This document shows positions 24,801 to 39,800 of a stretch of 64,000 nucleotides of DNA, piece by piece. Under the pieces are notes generated by a model. That model saw nothing but the letters and a program-made list of their open reading frames with translations, did no database searches and was not told the DNA's origin. Source of the stretch: Ruditapes philippinarum (Eukaryota); assembly GCF_026571515.1 (NCBI RefSeq), contig NW_026857508.1, positions 62,001 through 126,000 of the forward strand, written 5' to 3'. Position numbers and translations under genes: made by a program. Each line of letters starts with the position of its first letter. The first letter of the stretch is position 1.

Positions 24801-27800
24801 TCATGTGAGGTGGGAAGCTATCCGGCAAAATAACAACGCTTCTAATCTTGAACATGATCATGCCAATAATCCCAATAATAGGACACATGAGGTCATCCTA
24901 AAGAGTCGCTATTGTAATAACTTAACATCCCTCCTCTATACAAACACAAATAAAAGTAACAAATGTTTATTTTATACTTATTACTGAAATAACATTTCAA
25001 TGTAATTATCTAATAGAAACCATCTAATCACTTCACTATCGTAAGAACAAACCCATTGTATAAAGTGAAGATTTCCTAAACCCAGCCTCCCAAATATCCT
25101 GACAGGAGGAGAACCCTTCTCTAGTACAATATTGTTCATCGGCTCCGTCTTCACAGTGGGCATGCTCATCACATCGGAGACGTTTTGGAATGCATCGCCC
25201 AATATCACAAAGGAATGCAAGCTCTTCATTGCATTTATCTGAAATGAAATTAATGTATAGACGATATCTTTATTTAAAAATTGTGACGAATACAAAGATA
25301 ATTTAAAGACCATGTGAAATTTTCTGAGCCAATAGTGAGTTCAAACATCTGTTTGCACTTAATTTTGTTTATGAAACAGGATGAGTTTGAACGGATTTGA
25401 CCGTTCTTTTTTGGAATGAATAAACTTAACGGATACGTGTATATTGTTAATGACTGATCAAATTTTGCCGAGGTTTCACTGTATCTGGATCAGATCAAAC
25501 ATACAGTATTTTTTTGATGAGACATTCGGCATGAAACAAATATTCAGTTATTTTGGAAATCACTAAGCTAACAAGGATTCTTAATGCAGAAACATCGAGG
25601 AATATAATGATGCAAAATCTGATTCATACAACACGCAATCTCATCCGAGCCATCTGCGCAGTGTTTTATAGAATCGCACCGTTTGTTCAATGAGATACAT
25701 GGTCCATTGTTACACTGGTACTCAGTCAAAATTGAGCACGGCTGGAAATCTGCAATAAGATAATCACCACAATACTTCTGATTTTTATTTCTTTTTTGTT
25801 GATTTTTATTCCAAATATTTAAAGATTCAAATATATTGTTTCGAGACTAAGTTGGTTGCGCAATCGCAGTCCTGAATTCACAACTGTAATAAATATATCA
25901 TTGATTATTTAATAAAGTACACACAGAAATTTCCTTTCGTATTTGAAACATTGATATATGTGTATGCATAATTCCCAGTCAGTTTTGAGTACAGGATGAC
26001 GGTTCATCAAAATATTTGTCTACATTTAAGAGTTTGACAAAACATGAAATCTGCTTGCTGTTTAAAGCATACAAGGCATTCATTTTGCTGTTGTTCTTTT
26101 CAATCAAGACAAAATATTTGTTGTTTTATTCTATTCAAACATGTAATAATTTAATCATAAAATTAATATATAAATGTAAGTCATGAATTCAGGGTTTTGC
26201 TTGATTCAATCGAGACATGATGCAACATATTTTTTTTTTAAATAATTGATATGAAATCTTAATGTCGTTTTATTCATACAAGACAAACAACCTTGTTGCT
26301 GGTTTGTTCATTTTATGAATACAAAGCATGCTGACGTAGCGTTGCAAGATAAACAATTGAAAAGTGAAGAAACATACCACAGTACTCATCCGAACCATCA
26401 TTACAGTCAACAACATAATTACAAACAAGACTGATATGGATACAGTCTCCGTCGTTACATCGGAACTGGTCGTTGGAGCACATACGGTTTCCTTTAGACA
26501 CTTAAATATTAAATAACATAAATAAGGCTTGAAAAAGGAAGGATATGACAAAACAAAATCAACAAGCCATAGCTGCATTCTGTGAACATATCAATAGTCA
26601 AATACAAAATAATCCCTTTGTGTTTTCAAAATTAGTTTAAAATAACGCAGTATAAATATGAAGGTTAAGACATTATTTCATTTAATTAATAAATTTCGAT
26701 TTTATTAAAATCAGTTACACATATACACTTTACAAGTTCATATAGCAGAGAAGTCAAATTTCCATATAAAACTTACCTACACTATCGTCCTGACAATTCA
26801 TCTCATCAGATGCATCAAGGCAGTCGATTACCCCATCACATCTTGCGATGACAGATATAAATTCTTGAGAGTTACATCTTAAGATAGAATCCCGAAAAGA
26901 ATATGGAAGAGGAACGTTTGTAAAATTACTGTTGACATTTCTTGCCTTTGCCATCGAATGGACTAAGTAATGAAAATTGTAAGCACAGTTTTAATGAAAT
27001 AACAAAAGGACCACACGTAGTGATAACGCTCGTTTGTTGAACATTTTGAAAGGTGTATTACTTCAAAATCATTTCTTTTTTGTGTAACAACTGCACCTTG
27101 TAAGACAATTAAGTATTAAACCTATACAAAAAACAAGTATTTCAAGTTTCATGTTCATAAAAATGGTTTAATAAATGGCTACATTTACATATTTGCCCGG
27201 CAAGGATGACAACGAAGCCTTTTGAAATAGACGAAATTTTAATTTGTTAAACGATATAAACTGTAGATATAAATTTATAAAAATGGTATTTGGTACAATA
27301 CTTTACTATATAATGAACGAATGGTGTCAAACACATGTCCTATAAAGAGCATTGTAGATTTACTTTATATGAAATTATTCATTTAGTTTACTTGCATGTG
27401 TACTGCAGATTTGTACATAAATTGAATAGCTAATTACCTGTATACGGACACCCAACTTCGTCACGTTTGTTAATGCAATCAAACTTCCCATCACATCTAG
27501 CAAATTTCGTAATTTGTACCTCTCCATCGCATGTAAACATACTGTGTGCAACGGTTTCATGACGCACTTCATAGTTCCTCGGTTCTTGTGGATCTGCATA
27601 CACATTTGAATATGATAATTTACATGTAAATTATAGTTTTACATTTCAATAGCTTGAAATTGCCAGGTTAGCATGAAGAAAGGTGAAAACTATATATTAA
27701 GTATTTGTTTTATGTTTCTTTTGTGCTACATATAAAATTTTACCATCTTCTCTTAGGTTAAGAGCCTGATATCTATACTTTTTATTAAAAAGACATGTTC

Positions 27801-30800
27801 GCGTGAAATCGAGTTTTTAACATCTTTACGTACACTTTGCCTTTTCAAGTACCTGAGTCAGTAAATAATATACTCGATAAAATAGAGAATTAATTCGCTG
27901 TTTCGGTTATTAACTTTCTTGAGTGAGTTTATTTCCAGAAGAATTGAGGTTTCAAGAGCTTCACAACAATTATCTTGCAATTTTAATTTCACAAACATTC
28001 TATCATTTATTTTTGCTTTTTCATAGACTGTTATAATATGTGCATCAAACTTACGTCGGTGAAAGAACTACATACGACATTTTTTTTTATTTTTACCGAT
28101 AAAACATGATGGTTTATTACATGGAGATGAAAGTGGGCGGACTACTTCCTCATGTTTCTCAATAAAAAAGCCTAATCTTTGTTAAAGAAAATTTCCATAC
28201 TGCATCTATAATTGTGTAAAATGTTTTTAACTACATTAATGTCTAAAGCATCGACATAAACAAGTTAGTTACCTTCAGTCTGACATGGCTCCCAGTCCTG
28301 GCCGTACTGGTTTATGAAACACCAGTTATATCCAAAACTAAATGGGTCTCGACAATAATTATTTGCAACTCGTGCATCCCTTTCCCGAAAATCAGCTTGC
28401 AATGGTAAAACCTTATCATCCCATCTCACACAAGACTTCCCTGTAACTGTTTTATTTTCATTCCCAGAATATTTTTGGACAGTGATGCAGCTACGTTTGG
28501 ATTTTATTTCTTAAAAAAAAAGCAACAAAAACATATTATAAAACGATATGTAATTGCAAATAAAGAACTATGAAGGAAACTGAAAATTTAAATCATTAAA
28601 TCTTTGGAACACAATTGTTTTACCATTTATCATTTTATTTCTTAAAAAGCAAAACAGACTAATAATTGTTCATCAAACCGTTAACTATGCACGGTTCCCA
28701 TCGTTTATCAGGATCTGTTGTGAAACACCAGATGAACCCAGTCTCTCCAGGATCTCTACAGAAGTTAGATGCTTCATTTATGCTTTCCCCCTGAAAAAGA
28801 ACACCCAACGGTTCACTCATTAACAATTTTCTAAAACTTCATGATAAATAAAACGTTAGTTTGAGCATCTGTATATGGTTTCATTTTGACAATCAACAGT
28901 TACTAGTTTGTCTCCATTTTTTAAATAAAAATATTATATTTACTAATGAAATGAAAGAAAAACAAATACCTTAAAGATATTTCCATGCAAGCTGTGTGAT
29001 TGCGGAATAATATCAGCCCATCTTTGACAGGTTTTGCCGCTATAAGTAGTACTAAGAGGCTTTAAGAACTTATGGAAGACAGTGCTTGAGTTTTGGACTT
29101 CCGGTACTATAATAGTGATACATAATTAATGATTCATTTTTGCTTAATTTTGTTATATTTCAAGACAATCAATACATTTAATTTTTTTTCTGAATGACTT
29201 ATTTACTACATATTTTATTAAATCTATTAAGATGATATTCATCTTGATAAACAAAGCAATATACTTTATCTATTTTCAAGTCACAGCTAATCTTATTCAT
29301 ACTTAAAAAATGAATATAACATTTTGATGTGCCCCGAGAGAAATAAAAAAAAAAATCTTTGGCATCGTTGTGTCGGTCTGTTTTAGAGACCCCAATTGAC
29401 CCTGCTGAAGAAGTACATTATTATTTGGAACTTACACTTGATACTGCATTCTTCGAATATTCCCGCGGCAGTTTCACAATACAAATATCCGTTATCCATA
29501 TTAACCCAGCACGGTTCTTGGCACGTTTTACCAGTCTTAGTTACTCTAATATCTCCATCATACTCATGGCCTGCTATCTGCTCCTTAACCTCATCAGTCC
29601 CCTGATCCAACCACATAGAAACAGACCGTTCTGAAATAGAAGTTGTTATTTTAATCAAATTGTGAAAAACAATTTGTTTATGAAATGTAATCAAATGATG
29701 ATTTATAGTGATATTGCTTTTATCTTACTAAGATATCGTCTTTCACATACGATTTGATTTTGATAATTTATTAAACTGAAACATAAGATAACAACTACTT
29801 TAAACTCAGCGATTTTACCCTATCTAGTTAAAGTTATACGAGTATTTATAGAATTTAGGATTATAGAAATTAATCTTAACTGTTTTTTTCAAATACATCT
29901 GTTTGCTCCGTTTTTTGATTTTTTCTATTTGAGGCGTATTTAAATAAACAATAAACAAATATAAACACACTACTGAAGTTATTTTCTTCTTGACTTACTT
30001 GTATTTTTTGTTTCCAACTGATTCATGTCACACATTATATATTCCGCTAGTTCGTGAACACAGTCTTCACGTTCCCACGTTTGGTCATCATCAAACATTT
30101 GAAAGTTCATCCGAGTGCAGTTTCCTGAGGAGTTACGATTCTGGTTCCTGTGAAAGTCACCATGAAACATGTACAACAAGAAATGAAATAAATTTTACTC
30201 AAGTAATAATCACAAACGGACATTCATTGCTTGGATTCTATGATTTTTTTCCATTAATTATGAAAGGCTGTTTTTAACCAGAAGTTTGAGTATTCAAATG
30301 TGTTGTCATGAAAACATACTGTCATGTGATTAACGATTGATCTCACATGTTTAGTACAAAGAACCAGATTTTGAATATGTTTGTCATAAATATAACTTTA
30401 TCTAAAATTGCTCATGTTTAAGTTGCAAAATTAATTTAACTAGTTATTATCAAACACCAAATCTCCCTATAACTCATGTTGTTCAAGAATATTCCGCCGT
30501 TGCAGGAACAATGTGATGACTTTCTTTGCTAGTTTATCAAAAAAAAAAAAAAATAAGTTAACGCTTATAAATGACAAGGTAAAAAATTAGTCGAGAATTT
30601 TGGTGTTTTAACAGATTAAAAAATCTGTAGGTGACCCTTCATTAATTATGCTAACATCCGACCAAAAACAATATTCAATGTCATTTACGGAAAGTCTTAG
30701 CTCACCAAGCAATATCATTGCAGTATAGGTAACTTTACAAGTTTATTGCTTATTAACTCAGTGGTTATCATTCAATATCTTCCAATACGAATGTTACCTA

Positions 30801-33800
30801 CCATGCAGTAAAATATGTTGCATAATATCCATTTTCCCAAATATATTTGTCGTAATCTTGTGTCTGTAATAATCCTGAAAAGTCGGAATACCTTTTGTTA
30901 TTTCATAGAAAACATTAATAAATAAATTAATATTTGATTGAAGACAAACGTTGCTTGGAGTTATTGAATTTGGAACCCTACTACAACTGCTTCTGCAACT
31001 GATTTTGGCAATTTCTATATTTATCGTATCTTATGTGGAAATTGTTTCGATTTACTAGAAATAAGTACATGTATACATTTTGATTTTAAGATAAAAAAAT
31101 GAAATTTAGTTTTGTAGAAAGCAGAATTGCAGTATTCTTCCAGGCGCGTTTATATTATATTCATTTACAGAACGAAAGAAACCCCTGCTTACTAGTCTTA
31201 GGAACAACACAGAGGCAAGAAAAATAATTTAGCATACCTATGTGCACGTAAAAATTAACATCATAGTAGGTTTGAGGGACGTCGAGAAACCTCTTGTCGC
31301 GTAGAACCTCTTTAATAAATCGCATTTCAGTCAAAGACAATATTGACACAAGGGTCATACTTCTTCTCAAGCATTCAAGTCGTGCCTGGTTCCAGTTCGT
31401 ACGACGATAGATAATATCATAACACTTTTTGAACAACTCCGAACATACTTATTTATGAAAATAAAACATTTTTTACGTGATCAATTAAGATTTCAAGCTA
31501 GTATATACATTGTATTTTCAAGATCTGGAAAATGTGACATGTGTTTATTCACGCTTGAGTATATAGGAAATGGGACCATAATCACATAAAATTAAATAAA
31601 TACAATTTTGCAAAAATCTATAGCACTAGAACTTAACTGAGCTGCAATATAACTGCACCCTCGTATTCAATTTCTATTTAATTACTTATAGTTTTAGATA
31701 AAGCTGGATAAACGAAATAATACTTTTCGAAAATAAACAGGAATATTTTATAACCGTTTTAGACTAAATGCACTCAGTTCTACAAACTAATAACTTTGAC
31801 TTTCTTGCAGTTGATATGTGATATGACTAATCTTTCTCAACTTTGACATAATCAAGTAATATATATAAAAATATTAACAAAATCATTTAGTGATCATAAC
31901 CTATTGGTCTTATCTATAATGAACAAGGCGCGAGCTGTGTAGAATCAGTATTAAATTCAACGATGTATAACGACTTTTTCATTTCACACCAACAATTCTA
32001 ATCAGTTTGTCACTGATTTGATACATCAAGTGCAATATACTATTAGATTTTATATGTAATTGAAAACTCGGAGAGTGAAAACGAGACCAGACAGTATAAT
32101 ATGGGTTAGATACTGATTGTTTTGACATCACGTGGTGCAAACGCTGAAAATTTACAATCATAACGTCCTCGGCGATTATTCATAATAATATCCTGATCCG
32201 AAGACTGACGGAAAGGGCCGAAAAGTGGCTTTTGTTTATATTTTATAAAGTGTGAACAAATGTTACTGTAAATTCAGTTAGATATATTATTGTCCATATA
32301 AACTCATTCAGTAAATTTTACCAATATGCACAAACACTTGCCTAGACAACTTCCATTTCCAAGACATTTCTGACTTTCGTGGACATCCTCTTTACAGTGT
32401 AGTGAACTATCTGAACCTTGTTTTACACTGCAAGTTCTTTTTCTCCACATAAGACCATATCCACAATCAGATGAACAATGGCCCCATGGGCTCCAATTAC
32501 TTAATCCATCGACAGCTGTTAAAATAATTGTTTTTGGTAGAAATATGTACTTAAACTTACAAAAGTGTAATGAAGAAAAAAAACTACAAAAAAAAAATTG
32601 AAGTCATCTTTGAAATTCTATTTCCGTTAATTGCATGTCAAGCAGTGAATAAATGAAATAAATATCCTCAATTCTACTTTTTAAACGTAAATTATGTTTT
32701 ATTTATCTAACTTGAAGTCAATTGTACGAGTAAGGAATTCACAGGGATCTGCTGAATTAAAATGCTAAAATTACGTTTGTGTGTCATGCAATATAATGTT
32801 TTATAATGCTACAAGCAAATTCATGTTAAAGGAATTCCACTGAAGTCCAAAACGTTAAAACATTAACTTTGTAAAACTTACAAAACTTACATATTTGAAA
32901 AGACAGTAGGACATCGTACACAGATAAAATAGAAATTAAGTGCTATTCTGGGTCTGTTTTGAGTTTGAGGCATTTGAGGGCTTTTCATTTTAAGGTCATA
33001 TTGATAATTCTGGAAAAAAGTAGTGAGCGAATGATCTTAAATTTTACACTTAAGGTTTTGTAGAAGACCTTCATCACATTGTATAAACATCTTGATAATG
33101 ATATTTCCATTCTGGTCATGTCATTCAACCTCAATGGAGTTCCTTTTAGAATGAAAACAGACACACACTATTCTCAAATTGTTAAAGGAAATCAAAAAGT
33201 GACAAACCTGATAAGGCATTGTAACAAATGTTTTCCAAAGTTTGTTCTTGAGGTTCAACATATGCTGTGAAAAAAATTAAAGTAGAACCTTTAATGTTAA
33301 TTCTGAATACATAAGAAAGTTAACAGTAAAAGGCAAACTATGTAGCTGTTCTTGTATAAAACATATCATTTATATTCTTTGAGAAATAAAGTAATTGGCA
33401 TCGCCTTTTTATCACACTGTCAATCGTAAGGCTATGGTTTAATGTTTATCTTTCGACGCCGTAGAGCCTACGCTCCCTACGTTACAGTATGGAAACATTT
33501 GACCGATGTGTAGAATTATAGGACAATTAAATGATAAGGTCTTACATTGACAGTTGGTCAGTACATGCGAGCATGGCCTGCTTGTCAGAGCTTTTCCAGG
33601 ACAATCATTTCCATCAAACATTGGCTTTGGGTTGTTGCAGTGTCTTCGACGCCATTGTTTACCTCCACAGTAGCAGATATCTGTCCATGGTGACCACTCA
33701 CTCCATTCCCCATGAACTTCGAAATATAATATGAGAACATTAAGATTTTTCATTACAATACATGTGTAATCCGTAAATTCATTAACACCGCTTGAAAAAT

Positions 33801-36800
33801 ACATTTCGCAAAGTAGAATAAAATTATGCCTAGTTTTTCGATTTTCTATACATTTTTAATTCACATCTTGAAAGATACATTGAGGATGATATGCAAAGTA
33901 GATAAGGAAAATGTTAAGTTCAGAAATAAATAATGTCCCATTTAGATCTGACAGGTGAAGTGGCCCTTGCAAATATACTGCATGTTTATGCTTGCATTAT
34001 GTTAGTGTATAAATTGTATACAAGGAAGCATGAAGACTGTCCAACAAGTTCTCAAAATCAAGTTCCATAGTGGTAAAATAATGGTGTGTTGATGTATTGT
34101 CTTACGATAAACAATTTTACTGAAGAAGGAATCTAGCGACTGATTGACATGGTTTAATGTCTATTACTATTCACTCAACGAATGTGTTGGATTACAACTA
34201 TCTAAATCAATAGTCATTTACTTGTTACAGGGGCATGGAATGAGGTGATTAAAATGGCCGCTTCAGTCAACAGAATTCAACCACTCCGATTTAAATTTAA
34301 ACAACATACAGTCTGGCAACTTGCAAAATCTTGGCACAAACTACATTTGGAAATTGGTTTGTGTTTAACTTTGTTAAAGATTTTTTTAGTTAAAATTACA
34401 CTTTTTCACACCAAAGATGGATGTAATAGGAGGTATAACACTGCTCACCGATGTATATAATTTTCAAATTATTTTGATTTGGAATTTTTAAATGCAAATA
34501 AAGTTATGTTAATGTTTGTGTTGACTAAACAAAATGAATCGTTTATTACGTTTAGCGGTCGTTATACCTTACTGAAATTTCAATTCCTAAAATCTTTGTA
34601 TATCGTCCGTTAAGGAATTATAAAACAGGTGTTAACTGGATTTGTTACCGTTCTACAAAATATTTACTTCTTAACATTGTAATTATTGTAGCGAATTATT
34701 ATAGATAGTTGAATATTATTCTATTACCATTTAAAACATATTTGATAAAGAAATTGTATATGTACAAGCGATTTTACCTTTATTCAAAAAAAGAAGTTCG
34801 TCCCTGTATGTTTCATCAAGACTATAACCTGAAGAAATTAGCACAGTGTAACAAAGAAGAAACCGCCTTAGTGATGTCTCATGTCTTACGAAAATAATGT
34901 AAACTTTAAAAACAATATTTCATAACATTAAGCTCATATTCTAATTTTGAAATGCATAATTTAAAATAAAAGATTAAAGAAAATATCATCGTCATTGACA
35001 TTATTGGAAGAAAGATTTCGAGAAACCTTATTAGTACGAGGGGTGTTCAAATATGAATGCTACTAGGCCAATATCTCGTTTTTAACCATGCATTGTACGA
35101 ACTCCGTACATGTATCGCATAGATGGCTGTGTAAGCTCTCATTTGGTACAACACATCTGTAAATCAGTTCAGTCAAGCTTAGACAATGGCTCGATTAACT
35201 TGTATACTAAAGCTAAAATGGTTTGAAAGAAGGTCTCCTTTCACTGACCAAATACGGTCCTATATCAAGAACCGCTGTATTCTTGGTATATGGGCGAAAT
35301 ACATATTTAATGAAATATGTCGTGTTTATGGGAACAATGCACTTTCTTTTTTATGTATCACACGGTGGTGTAAGAAATTAAAAAGTAGTGTGGATTCAGT
35401 AAAAGATGCACCTCATGCACGCCGTCCTCGCCACAAATGGTTGAAAAAGTAAAGCATTTGATTGCTACAGATGCAAGATTTACAATTAGGTATATAGCTA
35501 AATGCGCTGGTATCTCTGTAGAAGCCGCTCATACAATTCTCAGACGTGGCTTTAAAATGAGGAGGATAAGAGCCAGATGGAAACCCCATCTCTTTACAAA
35601 AGAGCAAAGACTTTCTCTGGTAGAATCTATAAACAATTGTTAAAACAGTCCCCTAAATACAACAATCGATTGATTGATTTGATTTTACGTCACACCGACA
35701 CAGTATATGTCATATGGCGACGTTCTAGCTTTACTGGTTGAGAAAGATCTTAGGTGCCCTTTCGTGCATTATTTCAGGCACGAACGGGCAACTGAGAAGA
35801 ACAACCGACTTTCCGTAGGCAAGTTGGATAGCTTCCTCACATGAAAGATTCAAAAGTCCCTGTCGGGATTCGAACCCACAGCGGTGAGGGGCAAATAGTT
35901 TGAAGTCGACGACCTTAACCACTCGGCAACGGACGCCCTACAACAATCGATCTTTCGCAAATAGCATAACTGGCGATGAGACTTGAGTTCTCTTTTATGA
36001 GCCCAAGGAAAAGATACAAAACAAAATATAGGCAACCAATGGAAGTCAAAGACCTTGCATAGCAAAACTGACCATGAGCATCAGAAAGGTCATGTATGTA
36101 ATTTTCTTTACCAATCAAGTTTCTACTATTTAAATTACCGTACCAAAGGGTAAATGCCAAGTTTCATTAAGGCAATGTCCTTCATACATTAAAGAAATAT
36201 TTCAAAAACCGGCGACCAGCAACTGGTATCCATAGTGTCAGGTTGTTGTATGACATTACTTCGTCTCACAAAAAACGTTGTACGATAATATCTGAAACAG
36301 AAAAAGGTTGTCGAGCTTCCTCACCATCCTTATTCGCCAAATCTTGCCCCTTGTGATCCGAGGCTCAAAACCACCTTGCTGGAAGAAAATATCAAACGCG
36401 AAAAACATCTCGGTTCGGCTTTTTTCCAGTGTCTGAATAGTATACCTTGAAAATATTATGAAAACGCATTTGAAAATTGGATTAAAAGACTAAAACTCTG
36501 TACATCACATGGTAGTGAATATTGTGAAGGATTGAGAAAATTATTTTGGCACTGTTTGGTCAAAATTTATCCAGTTGCATTCATATTTGAGCACACTTTG
36601 TATGTGCTATTTAATTATTTTCCTTAAATTATAAAGAAAACCGTATACCTTTGTCCCCAAAAACTTGCAGCTCACAAATTGTATTTGAACAATGCGTCTG
36701 AATTTGGACATATCTAGCTAAAACTCCATCAAGTTCTAATGTTTTTCTTGGACTTAATCTACCGCAGTAATAGCCTGACTGTTGCATGTCATATACATTG

Positions 36801-39800
36801 ACTCCAGTTAAGACCTCTATCGAACAGTTTTTAGCCGGCTGTTTTGGTGCTTGACTTTTGTAAAAAAAACAACTTTTCATCATTATTTTTTGAGTAAGCT
36901 GTATCAATGAACATTTTGTTATGAAATTTAACAATTGAAACTAAATTCAATTAAACACAGTTTAAAATAATCGACTTGAACTTGGTCTTATGTTTATTCT
37001 AGAACCCTCCAAATTTGAATTCTTATCTTTCAAATGTATCAAGAGCCAAAATAGAAACTTGTCAAGCGGTTTTTTTGACAAGATTTTCAATATTATTTTT
37101 AAGGCATGGCATAGAGTATGATTGCAAAATGTATTCAAATGTATTCGAACCAAAATGATTGAGCATCATACCAATGTAAACAAATGTGTCAAGTTCGTAG
37201 CAAGATAATCGCGTTATGAATAGAAACTGGTTTCTGCATTATAATAAATACGTGCCGTCTCTTACATGATAAAATTTGATTAGTTTGCTTCATTTTAGGA
37301 AAAAATAAAAAGCAAAAGTAAAACAAGTGGCGGAAATGGAAAAAAAATATTCTGGACTGGTAAAATTGCTCGAAAATTGTTAAAAAGAGATTAAACGTTT
37401 GTTTGTTTGTTGGTGTTCGTCTGTGCCTTTTTTTAAATACATGAAATATCAGAAGATCGATACAAATGAGAATATGTGGCTTCTGACAGAAAGAAAGCTC
37501 CAGAGACGAGAAGAGATTATAGATAAATGACGAAATATTTTCACATGAACACAGATTTCTCCGGCAGACATAAAATCTTTATCGACCCACCCTGTTATAA
37601 TTATTAGTGTCATTTGACTGAAAGTTCACCTATTCAAGAACTTAATATGTTACAATAGAATACAGTAAAAATAAGTGAACTATTTATGGTAAAATATTTG
37701 CTTGCTTCTGTTATTTTTAAGCGCGCCACTATTTTATGTTTCCCTGTCCAATGAATTATTTATCAATTCACAATGTTGAAAATTGATCAATAATAATTTA
37801 CCCGTTGTAAGAAACTGTACGAAGATGTATGTTAAATATGTTTACATTACAGGCCTGGAAATACTTGGTATACGATTTGAAGCAGGTCTGGACCATCATA
37901 ATTCGTGTGTGAATACGCAGATTATTAGCCCGCTCCATTTTACAGAATAGTCATTGTCATTGAACATCATGACCAACAAATGAAAATTTAAATTTAATCA
38001 TTTCTTTATGATTTTTTTTGTTATTGTTGTTTTGCATATTTTCAGTTTTAAGTGTGCCCCAGTTGTTATACATTGTATGTAGTTATAATATTTATTTCGA
38101 CCTTTGGATCTCAGTGTTTAGAATTGCAACAGTAATTACTTAAACCATTCACCTTGTTAAATAAATGTAAGTCTGTGTTCAGTAGGAGTGAATACTTTAT
38201 GATCGGTACATATTTTCAATTTACTGAAAATGTTCATGTTTCTTTGAGATCAAACGATGACGTACGTATTCCATTAAGATCTATTTGAATATGGCCTCTT
38301 TTGATTTTACGATCTTCCCGTCAATTATATCACAACCGAACAAGCATATTTTCAGATCCGTATAAGAGCTTTAGTCCGCAACGATGACCATCATACGTTT
38401 TGCGACGTCATTTGTTTGATTATTAACGAGCTCTTGGTCACGTAACCCTTTGTTATTTGTAATTTTCAAAGGATTGCTTTTTATTAACGTACTGCATTTG
38501 TTATGGTACATTATGTAAAAGGAGGTGTTCCAATAATTATCGCTAGTATAATCGTATTCGTAAATTAAACGATGTTAAAAGTAGAGCCAAAGACCTATTG
38601 TTACTTTGTTAGTATGACTCTGGTAAAATGAATACTAAGATATACCTAATATGACCTTGAATTTCAATATAATGTATCATGTAACTTTCAACCAAGTCAA
38701 CGAGGAACCAACCGCCGTCCATGAACCTGTCACAAGCACTCATCCATATTTCAGGATCATGTATTAATCCATCTGTCATCAGGAAACCTTCCTTAGATAT
38801 AAATGTGTCGACAATAAATACTTTTTTGTCCAAAGCAATGTTTCGAACTAAAAAGAAATGATATAAAGAAAGGCGTTACTACCAATTTCTTATTTCTTCT
38901 AGCTTCATGACTTCTTGCGACACTGTCTACCATCTTTCATTGTCTTGTCGAACAAATAGCTTTATTTGGAGATTTTTCAAATAAAGTCAAATTAACTCTT
39001 GAAATATTAGTACATACGTAGCATCAATAATGATTAATTTATTTTGAATCAACTTAAATGATTTACAATACATGATATTCCATATCGGTATAAGGTAATG
39101 TTTATCTGCCAAAATTGTGAACTCTACACAGGTACTTGTTGAACGCTTCTGCATCTAAGGGTTAATGTTTATGATATTGATTTATAGCTCCTCCTATTTT
39201 GAAAGAATAGTAACGTTTTCAAACCGATAGAAAATCAAACCTTGACGAAGATCAAAATCAGCTCTTAATCACACCCCTCTTTTAGACCTGAGCGTGACCA
39301 TATACTAAATTATTTCAGGTGACTATTCACACAGCCAAACATCGGCGAGCTTTCATATTTTTTTTCTAATTTTAACCCTGGGAAAATCAATACCGAGTAG
39401 GTAATATTCACGATTTCGAGAACAAACATGGCGTTGTCCATGTAGCCGACAGGTAAACAGGCAAAACATTCTTGCCAATCAAAAATTGACTCTATCAAAA
39501 ACAATTTAGCATGCGAGAGGTATTTTTGCTGCTGTGAAAGATATTTGTTTAATTCGAAAATATTTGGGGATATTTTTGCATGAAAGACAAAATAGAATTT
39601 ATTATATATATTAAATATAGTATCATTATGAAAGTTTGTTTTACACTTCATTTTTGTATTTTCTGATCGCCAGATCAGTAAATACATAGCTAACATCCAC
39701 GGTCTAACACAAAATTTCCTTACAGTCCTAACAACGCAAAGTAGTTCTCACTCAAAACTGCTTAAAAACCAGCAATTTAAATGAAAGAATAATTTTTAAT

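Noticed and set aside
31900-32204. Possible extra exon between TSP1 and CLECT
   Set aside because: Frames from the candidate acceptor hit stops or do not fit. It shares a cacgtggtgcaa..ctgaaa motif with 52000-52025, which suggests a dispersed repeat.
34222-34340. Cys-containing stretch with AG/GT borders
   Set aside because: All three frames contain stops, and the flanking exons join in phase without it
35860-35938. Functional tRNA genes here or at 2382, 5710 and 40227
   Set aside because: These have A/B boxes but no complete cloverleaf, and they are SINE heads or relics
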